Source: an uncultured delta proteobacterium
Lineage (GTDB): Bacteria; Desulfobacterota; RBG-13-43-22
Direction: 5' to 3'
Length of the DNA stretch: 64,000 bases
Assembly: GCA_963843145.1 (NCBI GenBank)
Contig: CAWJJC010000027.1
Location: forward strand, 256,001 to 320,000
Both the position numbers and the translations under genes were made by a program. The notes beneath the pieces are model-generated. The model did no database searches and had not been told where the DNA came from. It was given only the letters and a program-made list of their open reading frames with translations. Below, piece by piece: positions 38,991-49,580 of the stretch (positions are counted from its first letter, which is position 1; the number at the start of each line of letters is the position of its first letter).

Positions 38991-40520
38991 TCAATTGATT
39001 ATTAACAATTGAATATTGATTATTAGGTCAATCCCTCGTCTTACGTCTGCCCCCTTATTTCTAGGGCTTTGAGCTACCCGCCCCGGGCCGGGCTGCCCAG
39101 TAAAAAATTTCACGGTCAGGGGCAACTGCCCGGGCAGGCAATGGGTGGCGCAGGCCAGGCAGGGATCATAGGCCCGGTAAACCATTTCAATCTGGTTAAG
39201 TAAGTCCTCCGAGGCCTGTCCTTTGTGAATCAATCCCTTAGCCGCCTTTTCAATGGCTAAGCACAAAGCCGCCATGCTGTTCTGGGTGGCGACCAGCAGC
39301 TTCATCTCTTGTACCACCCCCCGGTCATCGGTCCGATAGTGATGGATCAAGGTGCCCCGCGAGGCCTCGCAGACCCCAATGCCTTCGCGGGGAACGGCCG
39401 AGGGGATTCTTCGGACCTCCGGGTTGGTGAGTTCCGGATCGGCCGCCAACTCCTGCATCCGCTCGGCGGCATAGAGGGTTTCGATCAATCGGGCCCAATG
39501 GTAGGCCAAAGTATGGTGGACCGGCCGGGCTCCAAAACGCGAGATCATCCGTTCATACTCGGCTTGGGCCTCCGGGGTGGCCATGCCCCGGGAGGCGTTT
39601 AAGCGGCCCAGAGGCCCCGCCCGATAGATCCCGTTGGCCTTTCCTTCAAACCACCCTTTCCAGCCGATGGCCTTCAGATACGGTATCCGACTGTACGTCC
39701 AAGGCTCCGTCCTTTCTCCCAGGTGCCGCGAATAATCCCCTGGTTGAAAACAAGCGAGTTCTTCTCCTTCCGGGTCCACCACGCGGAGCCGGCCGTCATA
39801 GAAATTGACCCGTTGGTCCTGATCGACCAGACCCAGGTAATAGGTGGACTGAATAAAAATGGGGTCCAGAAATTTGGCCCAAATTTTTTTATTTTCCAGC
39901 GTCTGATGAAACAACGTCAGGCTTTCTCTGGCCAGGTCCAGGGCCAAGGGGGCCACCCGGATAGCTTCGGCCCGATCTTCCTGGTCCAGGGTTTTGGACA
40001 CTCCCCCCGGAAGGCCCACGACCGGGTAAAGGGGACCGCCGCTCAATCGGGTTTGAAGGCCCCGGACTTCTTTTCTAACTTGAATAACCTTTTCCCCCAA
40101 AGACCGGCCGACCCGTTTCATGACGCCCAGGAAGTTCCTTTCAGCGACGGGGGTCTCCTCACCCAGAAGCAGGTCGCATCCGCCCAGGAAGTAGAAATGG
40201 AGCAGATGGTCTTCAAAAATAAAGGCATTGAGAATCAACTCCCGAATTTTACGGGCCGCCGGCGGCGGAGCCACCTGAAACAAGTCGTCCAGGGCCTTAC
40301 TGGAGGCCAAGTGATGGGCGGTGGGGCAAACCCCACAGATTTTCTGGGTCAGCACCGGCAGCTCTTCGGCGGCCCGCCCTTCGCAAAATTTCTCGAAACC
40401 CCGCAAATCCGTGCTCTGAAAATAGGCCCGCTCGACCTCCCCCCGGTCATCCAGAAAAATGGAAATTTTTCCCTGACCTTCCAGGCGGGTCAAGGGGTCG
40501 ATGTCGATGCGTTTACCCAT
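38991..40520 (-). CDS. mvhA: [NiFe] hydrogenase large subunit, group 3c-like
   Basis: TRLEGQG, KICGVCPTAH (L1), RAYDPCLACATH (L2); 3' end probably extended by an indel. Confidence 0.88.
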   Translation of the reverse strand: MGKRIDIDPLTRLEGQGKISIFLDDRGEVERAYFQSTDLRGFEKFCEGRAAEELPVLTQKICGVCPTAHHLASSKALDDLFQVAPPPAARKIRELILNAFIFEDHLLHFYFLGGCDLLLGEETPVAERNFLGVMKRVGRSLGEKVIQVRKEVRGLQTRLSGGPLYPVVGLPGGVSKTLDQEDRAEAIRVAPLALDLARESLTLFHQTLENKKIWAKFLDPIFIQSTYYLGLVDQDQRVNFYDGRLRVVDPEGEELACFQPGDYSRHLGERTEPWTYSRIPYLKAIGWKGWFEGKANGIYRAGPLGRLNASRGMATPEAQAEYERMISRFGARPVHHTLAYHWARLIETLYAAERMQELAADPELTNPEVRRIPSAVPREGIGVCEASRGTLIHHYRTDDRGVVQEMKLLVATQNSMAALCLAIEKAAKGLIHKGQASEDLLNQIEMVYRAYDPCLACATHCLPGQLPLTVKFFTGQPGPGRVAQSPRNKGADVRRGIDLIINIQLLIIN

Positions 40521-41469
40521 GAATTTTTTCTTTTACCTTGTGAGGAACCAGCGCTGCCGACAGCGAATACTGATAAGCCAGACCAACCGGGTCAATCCAG
40601 CCTTCCCTGAACTTCTGGAGAGCCTCTTCATCTGCGGCCTCACTCAAGGAAGCCAAAAAGGAAACCACCTTGGCCCCCTGGTCTTTCACCAATTCCAGAG
40701 GACCGAAACAGCCCCGGCAGGGCATGTTGGCGTTAAGGCAGCGGCCGGCACACCCCCCCCGAGTGGCCGGGCCCAGGCAAATGAGGCCTTCGGCCAGGAA
40801 ACAGCGGGACGGGTCCCAGATCTTTTGATGCAGACGACCAAAGGCATTCCAGGAAATCTTCTGCGGCCGGCTTTCCTTCCGGACGCAATAATGGCACAGG
40901 GCTTTGGGTTCACCGAAAACCCACCCTGGGGGGGGAAGCCGGTTCTCCAGGATGGCGGCCAGGACCTGGCGGTTCCAATCCGGGGTGGGCGGGCAGCCAG
41001 GGATGTAATAATCCACCGGAATCACCTGGTCTAAGGTTTTGACCCTGGAAGTTAGGCCCGGCAACGAGGGTTCTTGATTCGGCCGGGCATTTTCCGGGAC
41101 CGACCCCGGAGGTCTTTCCTGTTCACGGCCAGCCAGGATCTCCTCAGGGCCAAACAAATTCGCTAAGCCCACAACACCCCCTAAATGGGCGCAGGTTCCG
41201 TGGGCCACGATGAATTGCGATTTCTGGCGCAACAACCGAACGGTTTCCTCGTGTTCATCCAGGCGAATGGCCCCATTAATCCAAGAGGCTAAAAGGGCGC
41301 CATCCGCCAAGCGATCCAGGCGCTCCTTTTTATAATCCAAGGCAATCGGCCAGTATATGATTTCCGCCTCCCGGGTCAAGGACAGCAGGTCCGGCCCCAG
41401 GTCTAAAAGCGATTCTTCACAACCGCCGCAACTGGAGGTCCAGGTAAAAGCGATCTTGGGTTTTCCCAT
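40513..41469 (-). CDS. mvhG: [NiFe] hydrogenase small subunit
   Basis: SCGGCEES, GTCA, PGCPP, CLGPATRGGC...PCRGC. Confidence 0.88.
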   Translation of the reverse strand: MGKPKIAFTWTSSCGGCEESLLDLGPDLLSLTREAEIIYWPIALDYKKERLDRLADGALLASWINGAIRLDEHEETVRLLRQKSQFIVAHGTCAHLGGVVGLANLFGPEEILAGREQERPPGSVPENARPNQEPSLPGLTSRVKTLDQVIPVDYYIPGCPPTPDWNRQVLAAILENRLPPPGWVFGEPKALCHYCVRKESRPQKISWNAFGRLHQKIWDPSRCFLAEGLICLGPATRGGCAGRCLNANMPCRGCFGPLELVKDQGAKVVSFLASLSEAADEEALQKFREGWIDPVGLAYQYSLSAALVPHKVKEKIHG

Positions 41470-41575
41470 AGTACTTACCTACCCCGAAAAACAACAAAAT
41501 GATATCCGTTATGATGTCTTCGTAAAAATCCCCAGGACTGTCTTTGCGAGGAGAGAAACGATTTTTTATAAGCAA

Positions 41576-41992
41576 CTATTTGTCTATTTCCAACGGGCCG
41601 GCATTCTGGATTTCTTCGGCCCATTGGGAGACAACCGTCGCGAATTTTTCGCCTTCCTGGGCGCTGATATTGGTCACTCTTAAGCGGAGGTCAGCAAAAC
41701 CCAATTGCCGCAGCAGGGGTTTCAAAAGTTCCGTCATCCGGATCATCTGAGCGTTTCCTTTCTGAAAATGGCAATGGCCCGGGGGACAACCGGCGATCAG
41801 CACCCCCTGAGCTCCCTGGCGGAAGGCCAACAGGACCCAGGCCGGGTCCATCCGGCCACTGCAAGGGAGACGGACGGCCTTAAAAAAGGGGGGAATGGTT
41901 TTACCCGCCCGGCCGGCGGCATCCGCCCCGGCATAGGCGCACCAGTCACATAAGAATCCGATCAACCGGGGTTCGAAACGTTCCCTCAACAC
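41576..41992 (-). CDS. mvhD: Hydrogenase [2Fe-2S] delta subunit
   Basis: FLCDWCAYAGAD, PCSGR, GCPPGHCHF. Confidence 0.9.
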   Translation of the reverse strand: MLRERFEPRLIGFLCDWCAYAGADAAGRAGKTIPPFFKAVRLPCSGRMDPAWVLLAFRQGAQGVLIAGCPPGHCHFQKGNAQMIRMTELLKPLLRQLGFADLRLRVTNISAQEGEKFATVVSQWAEEIQNAGPLEIDK

Positions 41993-43941
41993 AACAACCC
42001 TTTCACTTCCGCCGCGACCTGATCCACCTGAAAATGACGCGCCTCAATGGCTGCACTGGGACAGGCGGCGGCGCACAGGCCGCAGCCCCGGCACAAGGCC
42101 TCCCGGATCCGGGCCGCTCCTTCCCCCGGCCCAATTTCAATCGCCTGGTAAGGGCAGAGGTCGAGGCAGAGGTTGCACCCCGAACAGTTTTCTTCCCGGA
42201 CGACAGCCGTGGCTGTTTCCAGAATCAGCTTTTCACCGGGAATCAGTCGGGATAAAATCCGCCCGGCCGCGGCCTGGGCGTCCAGAATCGACTCGGGAAT
42301 AGTCTTCAGACCCCGGGCGCATCCGGCCGCAAAGATTCCCTCCACGACCGTGTCCACCGGTCCCCAGCGCATTTCCTCGGTCATCAAAAATCCTTCTTCC
42401 CCGAGGGGGATCTTCAGCCTTCCGGCCAATTCCCGGGATCCTTTAGACCCTCCCGGGGAGCCGCCGACGATGAGCAGGTCCATATAATCCAACTGGACTT
42501 CCCCCTGGCCGTTCCGGTACTCCAGCCGCACCTGGTTTTCTCTTTCAACCCATTGGATCGCGGCGGGATCGTTCAAGCGGATGAAGGACACCTCCGGTTC
42601 CCCCGATAGCCGTTGATAGCTCCAGTAAGCCTCCGGCCCCCATCCGGCCCGGTCCTCTAAATAAACCGAAACCCGGCTCTCGGGGATCTGGTCCCGGATC
42701 ATCCGGGCAAATTTAAAGGAAACCTCCAAAAAAACCGGGGGCACAACGCCCGACAGACCTGGGGTTTTCAAGCCGGAGCCGGCAAGAATCCCGATCCTCT
42801 GGGGGATCCGATCGGGGGGAGTCAGGATTCTTCCCGCGGTCGGTCCGTTGCTGTTTAACATCTCTTCCATCTCCATAGCGGAAAGGATTCGTCCTCTTTC
42901 AGCTCCCCGGATTGGCTTTAAAGAATCTTCATCGGTCAGGTCGAAACCGGTGGCTAGAACAATCGCCCCCACTTCTATTTCCAGCATCCCGTCTTCTTCC
43001 CCCAATTCAATGGCTCCGAAGGGGCAGGCCTCTTGGCAAGCCCGGCAGGGGTCCCCCTGAAAATGCCGGCAATAGGTCCGGTCGATGAAGGCGGCATTGG
43101 GCAAAGCGCCGGGCAGGGGTAAGCTGATGGCCTTCCTCCCGGGCCATCCTTTAAGTGGGGTTTGATCTATTTCCACCGGGCAGACTTCCAGGCAGGCCCC
43201 ACAGCCCAGGCAATTTTCCAGTTTGACCCCCCGGGCCCGGCGTTGCACGACGACCTCAAAATTTCCCCAAAACCCCCTGACCTGCCGTACCTGGCTCAAC
43301 AGGTGGACTTCGATCCGTTCCTGATGCATAACCGTATCCAGCAGCGGACTCAGCAGGCATGATCCGCATTCCATCTGAGGAAATATTTTTTCGTATAAAA
43401 CGGCTTTGCCCCCCACAAAAGGAGATTGTTCAACCAGATAAATCCGCCGTCCTTTCTGGGCCAAGTTCAGGGCGGCGGTTATCCCGGCGACACCGGCGCC
43501 GACCACCAGGACATCCGGGTTCATAGCGAGCTCTAAGGACGGGATCGGCTGATGGAGTCGAACTCTTTCCACAGCCGCCCGGATCAGCGACCGGGCTTTC
43601 TCCGTGGCCTCCGCCGGATCCGTGGTCACCCAGGCGCACTGCTCACGGAGATTGGCCATCTGTAGTTGATAGGGATTAAGGCCGGCCTTTTCGAGGACAC
43701 CCCGGAAGGTCGATTCATGCTCGCGAGGCGAACAGCCGCCCACCACGACCTTATCCAGGGCGGATTGTCGAATCTCCCGGGAAAGAAAGGATTGTCCCTC
43801 GGCCGAGCAGAGCAAGGTCTGGGTATGAACTTCAACCACTTCCGGCAACGTCCGGGCAAAGGAGGCCAATTCTTCCACCGGGATTTTTTCCCCGATGTTC
43901 GGCCCGCAGCTACAGATGAAAATGCCCAGTCTATCCGCCAT
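41986..43941 (-). CDS. hdrA: Heterodisulfide reductase subunit A-like flavoprotein
   Basis: CSCG, GCSPREH, NLREQC, GAGVAG, two ferredoxin regions, GIFAAGC. Confidence 0.85.
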   Translation of the reverse strand: MADRLGIFICSCGPNIGEKIPVEELASFARTLPEVVEVHTQTLLCSAEGQSFLSREIRQSALDKVVVGGCSPREHESTFRGVLEKAGLNPYQLQMANLREQCAWVTTDPAEATEKARSLIRAAVERVRLHQPIPSLELAMNPDVLVVGAGVAGITAALNLAQKGRRIYLVEQSPFVGGKAVLYEKIFPQMECGSCLLSPLLDTVMHQERIEVHLLSQVRQVRGFWGNFEVVVQRRARGVKLENCLGCGACLEVCPVEIDQTPLKGWPGRKAISLPLPGALPNAAFIDRTYCRHFQGDPCRACQEACPFGAIELGEEDGMLEIEVGAIVLATGFDLTDEDSLKPIRGAERGRILSAMEMEEMLNSNGPTAGRILTPPDRIPQRIGILAGSGLKTPGLSGVVPPVFLEVSFKFARMIRDQIPESRVSVYLEDRAGWGPEAYWSYQRLSGEPEVSFIRLNDPAAIQWVERENQVRLEYRNGQGEVQLDYMDLLIVGGSPGGSKGSRELAGRLKIPLGEEGFLMTEEMRWGPVDTVVEGIFAAGCARGLKTIPESILDAQAAAGRILSRLIPGEKLILETATAVVREENCSGCNLCLDLCPYQAIEIGPGEGAARIREALCRGCGLCAAACPSAAIEARHFQVDQVAAEVKGLLC

Positions 43942-44338
43942 GAATCTATTTTCGGAATATTATAAAATTTCTTTAAATCCAAATGGTTGAATTGGTCTTG
44001 GCCCGCCTAAAAGTTAAAATATTTGGATTATGATAGGAGAAGAAAGGATTGTCAATCTTGTTTAAAATTCTCACTAAGCACCTAAAATCGAAGATCTGAC
44101 CAGCCGGGTATTCATTTGAAGCCATGAGCAAGAACAGGTTGTTCTATTCTTAAGAAAAATAGGTTGTTCGCCCTGCGGAGCGAGTGACCCCCATTCATGG
44201 CAGATTAATCTGGGAATTAGATAAAATTAGTAAGGAGTGCCGGCCAAGTTATCCTTGAATTTTCAACAAGTTCGTGGCATAATGACCATGATCGACGTTC
44301 CGAAACTAATTTAATAGGGGCAAAATTTACCCAGACAA

Positions 44339-46420
44339 ATGAATACTATCAAAACCTACTGCTCCCGCATGGATCACGGGGGCTGTGGCCTGCGGGTCAC
44401 GGTGGATCAAGGTAAAATCGTCAAAGTGCAGGGGGATCCCCAGTCCCCCAACAGCTTCGGCTATATCTGTCCCAAAGGCCTGGCCGGGGCCGCGCGGAAC
44501 ACCCACCCCGACCGGCTGACTACCCCGCTGATCCGGGAAGGCGATCGAGGAGCGGGCCGTTGGAAGGCCGTATCCTGGCCCGAGGCCCTGGAATTTATCG
44601 CCGGTCATTTGAATAAGATCCGGGAAGACTATGGCCCCCAAGCCGTGGTCTTCGCCCAGGGGGCGCCTAAAGGGCTGGAACATTTTGTCCTGATCCGCCT
44701 GGCCAACGTCTTCGGTTCCCCCAACGTCAGCGGCCCCCAGAACGTCTGCCACCTGCCCCGGGAACTGGCCGGAGTCATGACCGTCGGGTTTTTCCCGGTC
44801 CCGGACTATGATTCCCCCACGAGTCTAATCCTGAACTGGGGCAGCAACCTGCTGAAAACCAACGAGGAAGGCATCATTGCCTCCCGGCTGGTAGGCTCGC
44901 TGAAACGGGGGGCGGACCTGATCGTCATCGACCCCCGGCGTACCCACCTGGCCGAAATAGCCCAGAGTCACCTGCAGCTCCGTCCCGGGAGCGACGGGAT
45001 TCTGGCCCTCGGTCTGCTGCGAGTTATCCTGCGGGATGGCCTTTATGACCGAGAGTTCGTGGACCATTGGACCGTGGGTTTCGAGGAACTTAAGCAGCAG
45101 GTGGAACCCTATACGCCCGAACGGGTAGCCGAGCTGACCTGGCTCGAACCCCAGGAGATCCTCCACACCGCCTGGACTTACGCCACCTCCAAGCCGGCCT
45201 TGATTCAATGGGGAAACGCCCTCGAACATACGGAGAACAGCTTTCAGACCTGCCGGGCTGTACTCTGCCTCATGGCCGTGACCGGGAATTTGGACGTGCC
45301 GGGAGGGAATATCCTGCCGGAAATGCCCCCGGTGGCCCGCCTGGCTGATTTCGTCAAGGCTTCGCTCCTGCCGGATAAGGTTCAAAAAATGATCAGCCGG
45401 CACTATAAGCTCGCCCCTAATTTCATGATCGTTCCTCCCCCTCTGGTCCTGCAAGCCATTCGTCAGGCCAGGCCCTATCCGGTCCGGGCCATGTACGTCC
45501 AGGTGTCTAATCCCCTGCTGACCTACAGCCAGGCCCGGGAAACCTACGAGGCCTTAAAGGAGTTGGATTTCCTGGTGGTGGCGGATATCTTCATGACCCC
45601 TTCGGCTGCCCTGGCCGACGTGGTCCTCCCGGCCGCCACGGGTTTTGAATTTGACGACCTCGGCCACTATGGTCTGGCCCACGGGTGGATTTCGGCCAGG
45701 CCGAAGGTTGTTGATCCCCCGGGAGAGGCTTGGCCGGACATCCGGATCTTAAGCGAACTGGGGCGGGCCCTCGGCCACGGCGAACATTTCTGGGAGGATT
45801 ATCGCCAGGCCCTGGATGAGGTCCTGGCCCCATCCGGCCTGACTTATGAAAGATTCAAGGACCAGGGGCTGCTGAAAGGAAATATAAATTACTTTAACTA
45901 TCAGTCCAAAGGATTTAAAACTACAACACAAAAAGTAGAACTTTATTCAGCCCAGCTTTCTAAATGGGGCTTCGACCCGCTGCCGTCCTGCCCGGACCCC
46001 GTTCCGCCCAGTCTGGAATATCCGCTGCTGGCCACCAGCCGGAAGAGCCCTTATTTCTTCCATTCCGCCTATCGCCAGATAGAGTCTTTGAGAAAAAAGC
46101 ACCCGGACCCGGTAATCGAAATTCATCCCCTGGCGGCCCGGATTCTCGGTCTTCAGGACGGCGAATGGGCGGCCATCATCACCCCTCAGGGAAGAATTAC
46201 CCAGAAGGTCCGCTTCACCGAGGCCATCGATCCCCGGGTGGTCTATGTCGATTACGGCTGGTGGTTTCCAGAGGTCGGGCCGGAGCGGCTTTTTGACTGG
46301 GACCGATCCAATATCAATATCCTCACAGCCAATAGTCCTTTGAGGCCGGGAAATGGGAACCCCCTGCCTCCGCGCTTTTCCCTGCCGGGTAGAAAAATTA
46401 GACCTATGAAAAGGACCTAG
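44339..46420 (+). CDS. Molybdopterin (DMSO reductase family) oxidoreductase; frameshift near C-terminus
   Basis: CPKG, HPDRL, IDPRRT, LRPGSD, ADVVLPA, FHS, IHP; the GREMGTPCLRAFPCRVEK end lies in another frame. Confidence 0.85.
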   Translation: MNTIKTYCSRMDHGGCGLRVTVDQGKIVKVQGDPQSPNSFGYICPKGLAGAARNTHPDRLTTPLIREGDRGAGRWKAVSWPEALEFIAGHLNKIREDYGPQAVVFAQGAPKGLEHFVLIRLANVFGSPNVSGPQNVCHLPRELAGVMTVGFFPVPDYDSPTSLILNWGSNLLKTNEEGIIASRLVGSLKRGADLIVIDPRRTHLAEIAQSHLQLRPGSDGILALGLLRVILRDGLYDREFVDHWTVGFEELKQQVEPYTPERVAELTWLEPQEILHTAWTYATSKPALIQWGNALEHTENSFQTCRAVLCLMAVTGNLDVPGGNILPEMPPVARLADFVKASLLPDKVQKMISRHYKLAPNFMIVPPPLVLQAIRQARPYPVRAMYVQVSNPLLTYSQARETYEALKELDFLVVADIFMTPSAALADVVLPAATGFEFDDLGHYGLAHGWISARPKVVDPPGEAWPDIRILSELGRALGHGEHFWEDYRQALDEVLAPSGLTYERFKDQGLLKGNINYFNYQSKGFKTTTQKVELYSAQLSKWGFDPLPSCPDPVPPSLEYPLLATSRKSPYFFHSAYRQIESLRKKHPDPVIEIHPLAARILGLQDGEWAAIITPQGRITQKVRFTEAIDPRVVYVDYGWWFPEVGPERLFDWDRSNINILTANSPLRPGNGNPLPPRFSLPGRKIRPMKRT

Positions 46421-46423
46421 AGG

Positions 46424-47953
46424 CTAGGCCGGTTTATCCACTCCAATAAAATCGGCACTCACACAAATCCGATTCCGGCCACGACGCTTGGCCTCATACA
46501 AGGATTGGTCGGCGAGTTTGACCAATTCGTCTTTGGAGAGTTTGGATGCCGCTTGAAAGAAAGACAGGCCGAAACTCATGGTCACTTTGATAGGCCTTCC
46601 CTCATGCTCCACCACCTGAGACTCGACCAATTTCCTTAACCGCTCCACCACCGCCAGGGCTTCAGTGAATGGGGTCTCCGGCAGCAGGATACCGAATTCC
46701 TCTCCTCCATAACGGGCAACGATATCCGCGGTCCTGAGGAGGCTATTGAAACCGAGGGCGAGTTGACGCAGCACTTCATCGCCGGCGGGATGGCCGAAGG
46801 TATCGTTGACGTTTTTAAAATAATCAATATCGGCCAGGACCAGGGTCAAGGGGAGACGGTAGCGCAGGGCCCTCTGGTATTCCTGGTTGAGAAAATAGTA
46901 AAAACTTTTGTAATTAAAGAGCCCGGTCAAACCGTCCCGCATGACCTCGTCTTTCAGCGATTTAACCCGTTTCTGGTTTTCCAGCAACTCCTGCAAAAAG
47001 CGGTCGGAGATATGGATCAATTCCGTGCGGGCTTCATCGATTAATTTCAAGTAAGCCCCATCGGTTTCTAACTGGACTTCAAATAGATCGGATATCTCAT
47101 TAATATGCAGGAGTGCTTCTTCCAGCAGACTATCTGCCGGGATCTTTTGGTCAAAACCCCATTTGGTCAGATAACTCTTCATGGCTCCCAAGGAAAGGAT
47201 CCTCTTGCCGGAAAAGAATTCCACCGCCTGGGAGGCAATGAACAAGATCTTACCCAGCGTGTTGGCCGGTTTCATTGTGCCTTCAATCTGATCGGGAAAA
47301 TGGTGGATCTGGACGGATTCATAAAAAAACTTGGGCAACCCCCACTGCTTAATCAAGGCCCCTCCCAATTCCATGTGCGTGAAGCCCAGGATCTGCTTTT
47401 CCGCCTCATAATATTCGCACAGCGTATCCCTCCGCTCTTTGAGGACCAGGTGGTATTGTTTCGGCAGGGATCGGTTCAGACCCAGGCGTCCGATTTCATG
47501 AAGCAATCCTAAGGTGAAACTGTCTTCGGTCATGGAAGGAATAACTTCCTTGGCCAGCATTCGGCAAACCACGGCGGACATTACCGAATCCCTCCAGAAT
47601 TCGGCGTAATTGAACTCATCCTTCGTATTTGGCTTTACCAGGCGTAGCAGAGAAAAACTCAAGGCCACTTTTTTTACCGTATTGAGTCCCAGTAGTTTCA
47701 CCGCGTGGGAGACGGAGGTCACCTTTACCGGCAGGGCGTAGAAGGCTGAGTTGATCAATCCCAGTATTTTCCCGGACAGCGGCGGGTCGAGGGAAAGTAT
47801 CTTCCCCAGTTCATCCAAATGGGTGTTTTCGTTTTTAACCGCCTCCAGGATGCTCAAAGCGATCCCTGGAAGGGTAGGCAGGCTCTCCTGGTGCTTCAAA
47901 AGATTTTCGATTGGAGACGGATTCATGGGACTTTGCTCAAGGGAATAGCTCAA
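46424..47953 (-). CDS. HDOD-GGDEF diguanylate cyclase
   Basis: LPTLP, DPPLSGKIL, LLHEIG; DGLTGL, ARYGGEEF. Confidence 0.9.
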   Translation of the reverse strand: MSYSLEQSPMNPSPIENLLKHQESLPTLPGIALSILEAVKNENTHLDELGKILSLDPPLSGKILGLINSAFYALPVKVTSVSHAVKLLGLNTVKKVALSFSLLRLVKPNTKDEFNYAEFWRDSVMSAVVCRMLAKEVIPSMTEDSFTLGLLHEIGRLGLNRSLPKQYHLVLKERRDTLCEYYEAEKQILGFTHMELGGALIKQWGLPKFFYESVQIHHFPDQIEGTMKPANTLGKILFIASQAVEFFSGKRILSLGAMKSYLTKWGFDQKIPADSLLEEALLHINEISDLFEVQLETDGAYLKLIDEARTELIHISDRFLQELLENQKRVKSLKDEVMRDGLTGLFNYKSFYYFLNQEYQRALRYRLPLTLVLADIDYFKNVNDTFGHPAGDEVLRQLALGFNSLLRTADIVARYGGEEFGILLPETPFTEALAVVERLRKLVESQVVEHEGRPIKVTMSFGLSFFQAASKLSKDELVKLADQSLYEAKRRGRNRICVSADFIGVDKPA

Positions 47954-48004
47954 TCCTCCAGGAATGGATTTCAGGAATGATAAAATAGTTTCCTTTGAGC
48001 TTTA

Positions 48005-48020
48005 TGCACAAATTTTGCCA
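48005..48020 (-). promoter_or_regulatory. Putative sigma54 promoter
   Basis: TGGCAAAATTTGTGCA (GG-N10-GC) about 50 bp upstream of HDOD-GGDEF. Confidence 0.5.
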
Positions 48021-48369
48021 AGTCTCGGAAATATCATCTGGCGCTGAAGATGATTCAGCCAAGGGACAAAGATTTTAATTTTATTATGTTTAAACAAGAG
48101 GTTGCCTGTCGTCAGGCGCAGTGTTGTTTAAAATGAAGCCTGCCCCTGATTGAATAGAACAGAGGAAAGGACTTTCAGATTGTCATTTTTATGACATTCC
48201 GGATCCTGACAGGGAGGTTTTCCCATTTTGGCTTGATCTTCGCCGACAATTCCTGCACAATTCAAAATCCAAAGGAAAAATGATTTTAGTCCACTTTGGA
48301 GAGCGGAAGGATTTCAGATGAGTTCCCTTGTTCCAGATGCCCAGGCGATAGTTGGGTAGGATTTCCCCG

Positions 48370-49437
48370 ATGCCCCCTACTATCAGAAAACGATCCCAGA
48401 AAACCGGGCTGCCGCCGGGGGCCTTAATCCACGTAGGCGAGCAGAAGAGCGAGCGCACCCGCATCACCCTGCTGGAATACGACGAGCAGCGGGTTGAGGA
48501 AAAAGAGCTGCCGGTGGTTGACGAATGCCTCCTCTTCAAGGAAAAGAAATCCGTCACCTGGATCAACGTGACCGGCTTACACCAGGTCGAACTCCTGGAA
48601 AGATTAAACGGCTGCTTCGGGCTCCATCCCCTGGTCCTGGAGGACATTTTAAATACGGATCAGCGCCCCAAGACGGAGGACTTCGGCGACTATCTCTATA
48701 TCGTCCTGAGGATGCTGGACCTGGATAAAAAGGATGAAAACGCCATTATCAGTGAGCAGATCAGCCTGATTCTGGGAGAGAATTTTGTACTCTCCTTTCA
48801 GGAAAGGGAGGGGAACCTGTTTGACCCCTTGCGGGAACGCATCCGCAACGGCAAGGGTCGGTTGAGAAAAATGGGCCCCGACTACCTGGTTCACGCCCTG
48901 CTGGACGCCGTGGTGGACCAGTATTTCGTGGTCCTGGAGAAACTGGGAGAACGGATAGAATTCCTGGAGGAGGAACTGGTTACATCGCCTACCCCTTCGA
49001 CCCTGCAGATCCTCCACAAACTGAAACGGGAGATGATCTTTTTAAGGAAGTCGGTCTGGCCCCTGCGAGAGGTGATCGGGACGCTGGAACGGGGGGAGTC
49101 TTCTCTGATCAAAGCCTCCACCAATCTGTATTTGCGGGACATCTACGACCACACCATTCAGGTCATCGATACTATCGAAACGTTTCGCGACATGCTTTCC
49201 GGTATGCTCGATATTTATCTCTCCAGCATCAGCAACCGCATGAATGAGATCATGAAAGTCCTGACCATCATCGCCACCATCTTTATTCCCTTGACCTTCA
49301 TCGTCGGCTTGTACGGCATGAATTTCAAATATATGCCGGAGTTGGAGTGGCCCTGGGGGTATCCCGCGGTCCTGCTGCTGATGCTGGGGATTACGGTCTT
49401 TATGCTGTTTTATTTCAGACGGAAAAAATGGCTTTAG
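48370..49437 (+). CDS. corA: Magnesium/cobalt transporter
   Basis: GLPPG, HPLVLEDI, YGMNF, MPEL. Confidence 0.95.
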   Translation: MPPTIRKRSQKTGLPPGALIHVGEQKSERTRITLLEYDEQRVEEKELPVVDECLLFKEKKSVTWINVTGLHQVELLERLNGCFGLHPLVLEDILNTDQRPKTEDFGDYLYIVLRMLDLDKKDENAIISEQISLILGENFVLSFQEREGNLFDPLRERIRNGKGRLRKMGPDYLVHALLDAVVDQYFVVLEKLGERIEFLEEELVTSPTPSTLQILHKLKREMIFLRKSVWPLREVIGTLERGESSLIKASTNLYLRDIYDHTIQVIDTIETFRDMLSGMLDIYLSSISNRMNEIMKVLTIIATIFIPLTFIVGLYGMNFKYMPELEWPWGYPAVLLLMLGITVFMLFYFRRKKWL

Positions 49438-49475
49438 TATGCAAATAAAGGCTCGGTAGTTATTCCAGCTCCCTT

Positions 49476-49553
49476 GAAATCCTCCTAAATCCCCCTTTGC
49501 CAAAGGGGGACTTGGACTCCCCCCTTAGAAAAAGGGGGGCAGGGGGGGATTTT
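49476..49553. repeat. CCCCCTTT...AAAGGGGG palindromic repeat
   Basis: Two nested C-run/G-run hairpins. Confidence 0.65.
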
Positions 49554-49580
49554 CGTCCTGTCGGGGCAGGCTACGCCGAA

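Noticed and set aside
38991-43941. Selenocysteine recoding in Mvh/Hdr subunits
   Set aside because: The relevant motifs are read as Cys in uninterrupted ORFs, with no in-frame TGA.
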